This document shows positions 56,503 through 64,000 of a DNA stretch of 64,000 bases, in pieces. How positions within the stretch are numbered: the first letter of the stretch is position 1; the number at the start of each line of letters is the position of its first letter. The stretch lies in assembly GCA_965204375.1 (NCBI GenBank), contig OZ241986.1, positions 416,001-480,000 on the forward strand, given 5' to 3'. The notes under the pieces were generated by a model, which ran no database searches, had not been told where the DNA came from, and saw only the letters and a program-made list of their open reading frames with translations. This stretch comes from Candidatus Latescibacterota bacterium (GTDB lineage Bacteria > Latescibacterota > UBA2968). The position numbers and the translations under genes were made by a program.

Positions 56503-56534
56503 AAGGCCCTCAGTTTTCGCTGGGGGCTTTTTTT
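56503..56534 (+). terminator. Intrinsic terminator
   Basis: aggccctcag-ttttcg-ctgggggc followed by T7. Confidence 0.75.
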
Positions 56535-56569
56535 ATAATTCCTTACCCTGTGTGCAAAGAACGCATCCG

Positions 56570-58537
56570 ATGAGCAATCCTTTACAAGCACACCAGTTGT
56601 CGGCGGGAGAGCGAGAGCCATCGGTGCGCCCGGGCGCTATTGTCCTGGGGGTAGTGCTCACATTTTGCATCAACGGCTTCGATCCTATCTCCCGCTACTT
56701 GATCCACTCTTCCTCGTTCACACACAGCCAGATGCCCTTTGCACTGCTGGTGGGGCTTCTGCTCCTGGGCTATCTCTACAATCCCCTCGTGCGGAGGCGG
56801 TTTCCCCGTTTCGCTTTGACGCGGCGGGATATGGCTGCGGTGCTCGCCATTGGATTTCTCGGCACAACAGTACCCACTCTCGCCCAGCGATTTGTAGCTG
56901 TAATCTCGGCTCCGGATTACTACGCTTCTCCGGAAAATGAATGGCCCACCTACACCCTGCCCAATTTGCAGCGCTGGTTGTTCCCCAGCAATGCCGGAGA
57001 TGGCGTTGGGATGTTCTATCGCGGGCTGGTTCCCGGTGCGCCTTTGCCCTGGGAGATATGGGTCGGTCCGCTCTTCTGGTGGTTCAGTCTGCTTGTAGCT
57101 ATCATGCTGGCCTGTTTCTGTCTTGCAGTCATTTTGAGAAAACAGTGGTCGGAAAGCGAGCGTCTGGCATTCCCCTTTGTCGAGCTTTCGCTAATGCTGG
57201 TAGAGAATCCCGGTCCCGGACGGAATCTACCCCAATTTTTCGGCCTGCCCCTTTTCTGGATTGGGTTTGCGATTCCGGCAATCATGCTCTTCTGGAACAC
57301 GACGGGCCACTTCTTTCCGGGGCTTCCCACATTCGCATTTCTCAATATTAGAACACTGCTTCCCATCGGACGTGGATTTATGCCTTTCTTTCTCCAGTTC
57401 GATTTTTACGTCATTTGTTTTGCTTATTTCACTACCCTGGAAATTCTCCTGTCGATGTGGCTTTTTCACATTTTGGGCATGTTGCAGGCTGGCATTTCCA
57501 ACCGCATCGGATTTGGCCCAAGAGGCTATGGTTCGGGGGTAATCTCTCAGAATAATTATGGCCTGATGGTATTTGTGCTGTGGAGCCTCTGGATCGCACG
57601 CGGGCACATCCGCGATGTCTGGCGCAAAGCAATTGGAAAAGGTCCCGAGGTTGATGATTCGACCGAATTGCTCTCCTATCGCATAGCGACCTTCGGTTTC
57701 ATCCTTGCCAGCCTTTTCATTTTTTTTTGGCTCTGCAAAACCCGGATGAATCCGGGTGTGGCTGTGGCATTTATGTTTTTTAGCTTGATTCTCTATTTAG
57801 GAATGGCCAAGATCGTGGCACTCAGCGGATTGGTGTCTTTACGGGGTTCGGGACCTACCGGACCCGTCAAAGGACTGATCGGCATCTGGAATATGGATGA
57901 TACGACTATTGCGGCTCTGAACCAGATGGGTACGCTTTACGGCAACGCAAAGGGATTTGCCATGCCAGGCGCGGCCAATGCCGCCAGGGCAGGCGACCAC
58001 ACCGATCTCCAAAGGCGCCGCCTGGGTTGCGCAATTCTCATTGGCGGAATCCTCTCAATCCTCGCTTTTGTGATCACCACCCTTATTCTGGGTTATTACG
58101 GGCCAGGTGCTGAGAATTTTGGAGACTATAGTTATACGCGGGGCAACCGGGCCTTTTTCAATTATACCGTCTCGGATATCAAAGGGCGCCCAGATGCAGA
58201 ACGGCAATGGTGGGATTTGGGTTTCGGAACCTTTGGGGCAGCGATAACCCTGCTGTTGATTTTTCTCAACCAGCGGTTTCCCTGGTGGCCCCTTCACCCG
58301 GTGGGATTCACCGTTTCCCTCCAGTATCCCACCCGCGCGTCCTTTTTTTCGGTATTTATCGCCTGGCTGATGAAAATAATTGTGCTCAAAGTTGGCGGTA
58401 TTGAGCTTTTTAATCGATCCCGTGTCTTTATCTTTGGCGTCCTCATGGGCTATACGCTGGGTGTTCTGGTTTCTTTTGTTCTGGATATTTTCTTTTTTAT
58501 GGGTCAAGGCCATCGCATGCACACACCGCCGCTGTAA
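56570..58537 (+). CDS. Large polytopic membrane protein (DUF6785/DUF6784-like, putative transporter)
   Basis: 'YYASPENEW', 'LRKQWSESERLAFP', 'WWPLHPVG', 'K.GG..LF' motifs. Confidence 0.7.
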   Translation: MSNPLQAHQLSAGEREPSVRPGAIVLGVVLTFCINGFDPISRYLIHSSSFTHSQMPFALLVGLLLLGYLYNPLVRRRFPRFALTRRDMAAVLAIGFLGTTVPTLAQRFVAVISAPDYYASPENEWPTYTLPNLQRWLFPSNAGDGVGMFYRGLVPGAPLPWEIWVGPLFWWFSLLVAIMLACFCLAVILRKQWSESERLAFPFVELSLMLVENPGPGRNLPQFFGLPLFWIGFAIPAIMLFWNTTGHFFPGLPTFAFLNIRTLLPIGRGFMPFFLQFDFYVICFAYFTTLEILLSMWLFHILGMLQAGISNRIGFGPRGYGSGVISQNNYGLMVFVLWSLWIARGHIRDVWRKAIGKGPEVDDSTELLSYRIATFGFILASLFIFFWLCKTRMNPGVAVAFMFFSLILYLGMAKIVALSGLVSLRGSGPTGPVKGLIGIWNMDDTTIAALNQMGTLYGNAKGFAMPGAANAARAGDHTDLQRRRLGCAILIGGILSILAFVITTLILGYYGPGAENFGDYSYTRGNRAFFNYTVSDIKGRPDAERQWWDLGFGTFGAAITLLLIFLNQRFPWWPLHPVGFTVSLQYPTRASFFSVFIAWLMKIIVLKVGGIELFNRSRVFIFGVLMGYTLGVLVSFVLDIFFFMGQGHRMHTPPL

Positions 58538-58554
58538 TAAGGGGTGAACCACCC

Positions 58555-58592
58555 AAAAAGCGGAGAAATCCAGTCGTTTTCTCCGCTCTCTT
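58555..58592. terminator. Terminator hairpin, copy 1
   Basis: aaaaagcggagaaatccagtcgttttctccgctctctt. Confidence 0.7.
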
Positions 58593-58640
58593 CTTCCCTC
58601 TGTACACAGTTTGAATGTAGCTGGGGCCATTTTTATTGGG

Positions 58641-59399
58641 TTATGTCGATCTTTGCCCCAGTTTGACGCGATCGTACGAATCGGGATCATTTCGGACAAT
58701 ATCGAGCAAGTGGTCAACATACGCGCGAATTTGGAACAGACGGCACGAGGCGTCCCCAACCTTGCCTGTCTCCAAAATGCCCAAACGATCCCAGACTTCA
58801 CCCAGTCGAACCCGGTCGAGCCAGATAAATTCGGTATCGGGGTTCTCTTTTAGTCGCTCATTCCAGAACATCACTTCTACGACGTGGATATATGTGGATG
58901 AGTGGTAGTCAACGCCGAGCATCAGGATTTTGCCGTTCTGTTCGTAGGCACGGATCATGGGGGAATTTGTACCATACGTCTTTCCCCAGGGGGAACGGTC
59001 CCAGGGAGATGTCAGACCTTCCCCTGATAGATGACCAGCAACAAAATTTTTGGCACCTTGTCCGCGTGCTGCCACAGAGTGGGAATAGTGGTCGGATCTG
59101 TGTGTCCCCGGCATCAACCTGAAATACTCGGTCAACCAACCGACTGAGGATTCTGTTTTTTTCAGGTCCCAGGAACTCGCCCGCTGCTCTCGATCACCGA
59201 TCAGATTGAATGATGGCATCAGGAGTAAACCATTGGTACCCAGTGCGTTCTCGAGCGCGGCGACGACTGTTTCCGATCCACCATGGACCATACCCAGGCT
59301 CTTGAATGAGGAATGGACGAAGAGTGTATCGCCGATTTCGACGCCAAGGGTCTTTAGGTCGTCACTAAGCTGCGCTGCGGTGTATCCCAAATTGGGCAT
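58641..59399 (-). CDS. AAC(3) family N-acetyltransferase
   Basis: 'FVHSSFKSLG.V.GG', 'LLMPSF', 'VGWLTEYFR', 'KILMLGV...STYIHVVE'. Confidence 0.88.
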   Translation of the reverse strand: MPNLGYTAAQLSDDLKTLGVEIGDTLFVHSSFKSLGMVHGGSETVVAALENALGTNGLLLMPSFNLIGDREQRASSWDLKKTESSVGWLTEYFRLMPGTHRSDHYSHSVAARGQGAKNFVAGHLSGEGLTSPWDRSPWGKTYGTNSPMIRAYEQNGKILMLGVDYHSSTYIHVVEVMFWNERLKENPDTEFIWLDRVRLGEVWDRLGILETGKVGDASCRLFQIRAYVDHLLDIVRNDPDSYDRVKLGQRST

Positions 59400-59426
59400 G
59401 TTATCGGTCTTTCCTTCTTTCTATAA

Positions 59427-59469
59427 AAAAAGCGGAGAAATCTACTGGATTTCTCCGCTCTCTTTTTTT
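59427..59469. terminator. Terminator hairpin, copy 2 (ends the oxidase operon)
   Basis: aaaaagcggagaaatctactggatttctccgctctcttttttt. Confidence 0.75.
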
Positions 59470-59479
59470 GTTCATCTTG

Positions 59480-59797
59480 TTACTGCAAATAGTGGCTCGC
59501 TGGCATGCCCAACCAGCCGCGACTGACGTAATCTGCCATTGCAAAGGCAAATAGGATCAGCAAAAACAAAATACCTGCACCTGCGAGCAACCAGGTCAAT
59601 CGGCTGGCGTATTTGACGTGCATAAAAAACAGAATCACAATCGTGGCTTTTGTGCAGGCGATACCGAGTGCTACCACATCATTAAACATGCCCAATTCTT
59701 GATAAGCCACCCAAACCGTTAGCGCGGTTAAAAACATCAAGGAGGCAAATACCGCCAGATAAATGCGTACAGTCGGGCCGTGGTGATCATCAGCCAT
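59480..59797 (-). CDS. ctaF: Cytochrome c oxidase subunit IV
   Basis: 'KATIVILFFMHVKY'; start overlaps the subunit III stop. Confidence 0.88.
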   Translation of the reverse strand: MADDHHGPTVRIYLAVFASLMFLTALTVWVAYQELGMFNDVVALGIACTKATIVILFFMHVKYASRLTWLLAGAGILFLLILFAFAMADYVSRGWLGMPASHYLQ

Positions 59798-60468
59798 CAG
59801 TGTCCTCCCTGTAAGCCGAGAAGATAGAGCAGTGGAAATAGGAAAATCCAGACAATATCGACAAAGTGCCAATACAGACCAAATATTTCAATAGGGGCGT
59901 TGTATTCAGCCGTGTACGTCCCCTGTGCAGTTTTAACAAATACCCAGATCAACAGGCCAATGCCAATAATCATATGCAGGGCATGCATCCCGGTCATTCC
60001 GAAATAGAGAGAATAGAAGAGAGCCAGTTGGGGCGAGTTTTCACCGTGCGGATGCCATGCCAGACCAGGGACCAAACCGTACTCGATTTTTGCGGAGTAT
60101 TCAAAATATTTGACCACCAAAAAGGTAAGACCTAAGATTCCGGTCAGAGTCAGATAGACCAGTATCCCTCTTTTACTCCCTTCGTGGGACTTGTGTACGG
60201 CCATCGCCATTGTCAGGCTGCTGACAATCAACACTATGGTATTAAATGCTCCCAGAGGAATATCCAGGTGGCTACTGCCTTCAAAAAATGCCTCGGGATA
60301 ATAGGAACGGTAGATCAGATACGTCGCAAAGAAGCCTCCAAAAAACAGAATTTCCGTAATCAGAAAGCTCCACATGCCGATGACGGCAGATTCCTTCTGC
60401 TGCGGCATATCCTCGAACTGGTGAGCCAGTCCGTGCGGGTGATCGTGATGTAATGCGTGATCGGCCAT
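59797..60468 (-). CDS. ctaE: Cytochrome c oxidase subunit III
   Basis: 'GMWSFLITEILFFGG', 'GLYWHFVDIVWIFLFPLLY'. Confidence 0.95.
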   Translation of the reverse strand: MADHALHHDHPHGLAHQFEDMPQQKESAVIGMWSFLITEILFFGGFFATYLIYRSYYPEAFFEGSSHLDIPLGAFNTIVLIVSSLTMAMAVHKSHEGSKRGILVYLTLTGILGLTFLVVKYFEYSAKIEYGLVPGLAWHPHGENSPQLALFYSLYFGMTGMHALHMIIGIGLLIWVFVKTAQGTYTAEYNAPIEIFGLYWHFVDIVWIFLFPLLYLLGLQGGH

Positions 60469-62099
60469 TAGTGCTCCTCAATTGGTCCGTACTCATAAGC
60501 TTCTTCTGTCACGAGAGGCGTTTCTTCAAAATTAAATGTGGGCGGTGGGGAGGTCGTTTCCCACTCCAGACCTTTGGCTCCCCAGGGGTTATCAGGTGCT
60601 TTTGGTCCCTTAAAGATCGACCAGGTCAAATACGCGCCGGGAACCAGATATCCAAGGGCGAGAATTGACGCACCCATAGACGATGCCACATTCAAGACCT
60701 GAAATTCGTCGGGATAGACGTGATAACGCCTCGGCATGCCCATATACCCCAGAATGAACTGCGGGAAAAATGTCAGATTAAAACCGAGAAATACCAGCAG
60801 GGCTGAAACGCGTCCCCAGATATCGGGGAACATCTTACCCGTAATTTTCGGCCACCAGAAGTGCATGCCCCCCAGATATCCCATCACCTGACCGCCAACC
60901 ATAATATAGTGGAAGTGCGCCACCACAAAATATGTGTCGTGCAGGTGAATATCCAGGCCCATACTCGACAAAAATAGTCCGGTTAAACCACCAACTAAAA
61001 ATAAGCCCAGATACCCGTACACGTAAAACATCGCGGTGTCATATACAATAGACCCTTTGTATAAGGTCGCTGTCCAGTTAAATGTTTTGATTGCAGAGGG
61101 TACGGCTACCAAAAATGTGATGATGGAGAACACCATGCCGGCATAAGTCGATTGGCTGCTCACAAACATGTGGTGGCCCCATACCAGGAATCCCAAAATT
61201 GCGATGGCTACACTTGAAAACGCGACAAATTCATATCCAAAGACGCGCTTGCGCGCCACAGAGGCTACCATTTCGCTCATCACGCCCATTGAAGGCAAGA
61301 TCATGATATAAACGGCTGGATGAGAATAGAACCAGAACAAATGCTGGAATAAGACGGGGTCGCCACCGAGATTCGGGTCGAAAAACCCAAATCCAAATCC
61401 GCGCTCGAGCATGAGCAGCACCAGCGTAATTGCGATAACGGGTGTGCCCAATAGCATAATCAAGCTGGTGGCATAATGCGACCAGACAAATAGCGGTAGG
61501 CGGAACCAGGTCATCCCAGGCGCGCGCATGGTGTGGATTGTCACCACAAAGTTGAGTCCCGTCAGAATGGACGAGAAACCCGCCATAAAAGCGGCCATAG
61601 CGGCCAGAATCACATTTGAGTTTGAATAGGTGCTACTATACGGCGTATAAAAAGTCCAACCCGTATCAACGCCGCCACCGACCACGGCAATTGTTCCCAA
61701 AATGCCTGCAACGACATAAACATACCAGCTCAAAAGATTGACGCGCGGAAAAGCCAGATCTTTTGCGCCAACCATTATGGGGACTAAAAAGTTGCCGATG
61801 GTTGCGGGAATGGATGGCACCAAAAAGAAAAAGACCATAATGATGCCGTGCATTGAGAAAACTTTGTTATAAGTATCCGAAGACATCAAATCGCCTTCGG
61901 GGGTCATCAGTTCAAAGCGAACCAGACTGGCAAATAACCCACCCAGGGCGAAAAAGATGGAAATCGAAATAATGTACAAAACGGCAATGCGCTTGTGGTC
62001 TCTGGTCAACAACCAGGACTTCAGTCCATAACCGTTATTCAGATAATTGACGCTCGGCGCATCTTCAGACGCTTGAACATCTTGCTCGGTGATTGCCAT
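60468..62099 (-). CDS. ctaD: Cytochrome c oxidase subunit I, A2 type
   Basis: 'WFYSHPAVY' (YS motif of type A2), 'VWGHHMF', '[12 protein letters not shown]', 'GMPRRY'. Confidence 0.97.
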   Translation of the reverse strand: MAITEQDVQASEDAPSVNYLNNGYGLKSWLLTRDHKRIAVLYIISISIFFALGGLFASLVRFELMTPEGDLMSSDTYNKVFSMHGIIMVFFFLVPSIPATIGNFLVPIMVGAKDLAFPRVNLLSWYVYVVAGILGTIAVVGGGVDTGWTFYTPYSSTYSNSNVILAAMAAFMAGFSSILTGLNFVVTIHTMRAPGMTWFRLPLFVWSHYATSLIMLLGTPVIAITLVLLMLERGFGFGFFDPNLGGDPVLFQHLFWFYSHPAVYIMILPSMGVMSEMVASVARKRVFGYEFVAFSSVAIAILGFLVWGHHMFVSSQSTYAGMVFSIITFLVAVPSAIKTFNWTATLYKGSIVYDTAMFYVYGYLGLFLVGGLTGLFLSSMGLDIHLHDTYFVVAHFHYIMVGGQVMGYLGGMHFWWPKITGKMFPDIWGRVSALLVFLGFNLTFFPQFILGYMGMPRRYHVYPDEFQVLNVASSMGASILALGYLVPGAYLTWSIFKGPKAPDNPWGAKGLEWETTSPPPTFNFEETPLVTEEAYEYGPIEEH

Positions 62100-62105
62100 G
62101 ACGCA

Positions 62106-63056
62106 TCACTCCATACTCGTGAGTTCGGGGGCTTTCAGCGATTTGATATAGGCGATTAACTGAATGATCCCTTCTTCGCTGATCTGACCTTTGAAAGTTG
62201 GCATAATGGGTTTGTATCCGGCCATGATCTTGGCGGAAGGGTTCAGAATTGATTCTCGAATATAGGCTTCGTCAACCAATGCAGTACCGCCGCCTTCCAA
62301 AGCCACTGTTTTGCCAAAGAGACCCGCCAGAGATGGCCCGCGTCCCGTCCCGTCCATCTTGTGGCAGGTGTGACAGGCGTATTGTTCAAACAATCTTTCT
62401 CCGGCCACTTCCATTGGTTCATTCGCAGTCCCGCCAGTCAACCAGGCTTCGTAATCTTGAGGTTCCAGGACATGTACTGTTCCAATCATACGCGAATGCT
62501 CAGTGCCGCAAAATTCGGCGCAAAACAGATGATATGAACCGACCTGCGTTGCTTTAAACCACAAATTGGTATATCGCCCGGGCACCACATCCTTTTTGAC
62601 GCGAAAGGCGGGGATATAAAAACTGTGCAACACATCTTCCGCTGTCATGGTCAGGCGTACCGATTCACCCAGAGGCACGTGTAATTCGTTGATCTCTTTT
62701 TTGCCTTCTGGATGTTGCAATTTCCACATCCACTGTTTGCCCACCACATATATTTCCATGGCGTTTGGCGGAGGTGTAATTAGATGGAAATACAATACGG
62801 TTGCCCACACAAATACACCCAGTGCGAGTACCGCAGGAATGGCAGTCCAAAATATCTCGAGGCCGAGATGTCCCGCAATTTGTCGCGGCACTTCGTCGTC
62901 CGATTTGCGCTGATACTTAATCGCAAAAATAACCACCAAAATAACAACTACGAGCGCGAAAAACACGCACAGTGCCAAGATGCCAAAATAAAGTGCGTCA
63001 ACGTGAAAGGCAAAACTCGAAGCTTGATCAGGAAAAAGAGGAAAATCAGTCTGCAT
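62106..63056 (-). CDS. ctaC: Cytochrome c oxidase subunit II with fused cytochrome c (caa3)
   Basis: CuA 'DVLHSF...CAEFCGTEHSRM'; C-terminal CHTCH heme motif. Confidence 0.95.
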   Translation of the reverse strand: MQTDFPLFPDQASSFAFHVDALYFGILALCVFFALVVVILVVIFAIKYQRKSDDEVPRQIAGHLGLEIFWTAIPAVLALGVFVWATVLYFHLITPPPNAMEIYVVGKQWMWKLQHPEGKKEINELHVPLGESVRLTMTAEDVLHSFYIPAFRVKKDVVPGRYTNLWFKATQVGSYHLFCAEFCGTEHSRMIGTVHVLEPQDYEAWLTGGTANEPMEVAGERLFEQYACHTCHKMDGTGRGPSLAGLFGKTVALEGGGTALVDEAYIRESILNPSAKIMAGYKPIMPTFKGQISEEGIIQLIAYIKSLKAPELTSME

Positions 63057-63104
63057 GTGCCAACTCAGAAGTTAGAGGTCCGATGGACTTTTCTTGTTGA
63101 GGTG

Positions 63105-63908
63105 TTAATTCGCCTGCAATGGCGACCGCTCTCGGCGCACCATAAGAAAAATAAATGTCAAAATACAAATTACAGTAATCACGCCAGCAATGCGAACCAG
63201 GCGATAAATTGCCAGCGTATATTTGCCAGTCAATGGATTGTACTGAAAACAATATAGCAAAATCGCATCAATCGGAGAACTGATCTGATCTTGTGCGGCT
63301 TCTAAAAGCCCCAGTTGCAAATCCCGCGGCGCAAATTCGACCCCAAATAAATACCGCGCGATTTTTCCATTGGGTGTCAAAATTACAATCCCGCTGGCGT
63401 GAACGTATTCGTCTGTTTCGGGATCGTATATGTAGCGATATCCAATAGCCTCGGTCAATGCGTCTATTGATGCCTGGTCTCCCGTGAGAAAATGCCATCC
63501 ATTTTCTCCACCTTCTCGACCATATCCATCGACGTAATTCACCTTTTTTGCCGCTGCCAATTCCGAATATTCGTCGGGATCAATGCTAAATGTCACCACT
63601 ACAAAATCTCGTCCGGCATTGGGTGATACGGGACGCAATCCCGACAATAAACCATTCAAAATCTGCGTACACAACATGGGGCATTCATAATATGCGGGCA
63701 CTAAAATAACGGGATGCTCATCCAAATATCGCGCCAGCATAACATCTGTGCCCGTTTCATCGCGGAACTTCAAATTTACCGGCACTGATGCGCCCAATTT
63801 CTGGTCAATCCCAACGGAATCCAACACTGTGGGATTCGGCGTGAGGTCTTGTGCCCACGCGACCCTGGTGAAGCACATCAGCGTGATACAGGCGAATAAG
63901 ACGCGCAT
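63105..63908 (-). CDS. SCO family protein
   Basis: 'YYECPMLC' CxxxC, 'WHFLTG', 'YVHASG'. Confidence 0.92.
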   Translation of the reverse strand: MRVLFACITLMCFTRVAWAQDLTPNPTVLDSVGIDQKLGASVPVNLKFRDETGTDVMLARYLDEHPVILVPAYYECPMLCTQILNGLLSGLRPVSPNAGRDFVVVTFSIDPDEYSELAAAKKVNYVDGYGREGGENGWHFLTGDQASIDALTEAIGYRYIYDPETDEYVHASGIVILTPNGKIARYLFGVEFAPRDLQLGLLEAAQDQISSPIDAILLYCFQYNPLTGKYTLAIYRLVRIAGVITVICILTFIFLMVRRERSPLQAN

Positions 63909-63911
63909 GTT

Positions 63912-64000
63912 TTACTCTCGCACCGGGAACCCTCGTTCGAGAACCAGGTCTATTGCTCGCTCAATTGGAAGATGCACAATCTCGGCATCCCTATCTACCC
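63912..64000 (-). CDS. 3' end of an ActG-like protein (alternative complex III-associated), partial
   Basis: 'VDRDAEIVHLPIERAIDLVLERGFPVRE*' directly upstream of SCO and caa3. Confidence 0.55.
   Translation of the reverse strand, partial: VDRDAEIVHLPIERAIDLVLERGFPVRE

Overview
Bacterial chromosomal window of about 50% GC, densely coding, with no rRNA, tRNA, CRISPR array, integrase or transposase that I can recognise. The content suggests a marine (possibly sponge-associated) Latescibacterota/Gemmatimonadota-like organism, which is inference only: expanded Gfo/Idh/MocA, MDR dehydrogenase, sulfatase, amidohydrolase, PhyH and HpcH families, a DUF6785-like membrane protein, a dockerin/EF-hand-tailed secreted protein and FRG/TPR genes. 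Main blocks: an MMPL/LolA-like/beta-barrel operon; two sulfatases; trmY, manC, nadA, an orphan mraY, hisI and prs; sugar-catabolic oxidoreductase clusters; a decaying AT-richer defence/toxin-antitoxin island at about 46.35-51.85 kb; a DUF1800-DUF1501-NHL operon; an AAC(3)-family gene; and a caa3-type (A2) oxidase operon. The best unannotated signal is a complete histidine attenuator at 14623-14866: a sigma70 promoter, a 49-aa leader ORF with HHTHH, an 11-bp antiterminator and a mutually exclusive terminator, upstream of methyltransferase-hisI. Also notable are a coupled two-gene 'WDG protein + ART-like' cassette (candidate toxin-antitoxin/defence module), a split in-frame FRG-TPR gene, an HTH-YaaW-like fusion, and trmY lying antisense inside a minus-strand gene run. 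All protein calls come from motif recognition, not from database searches.
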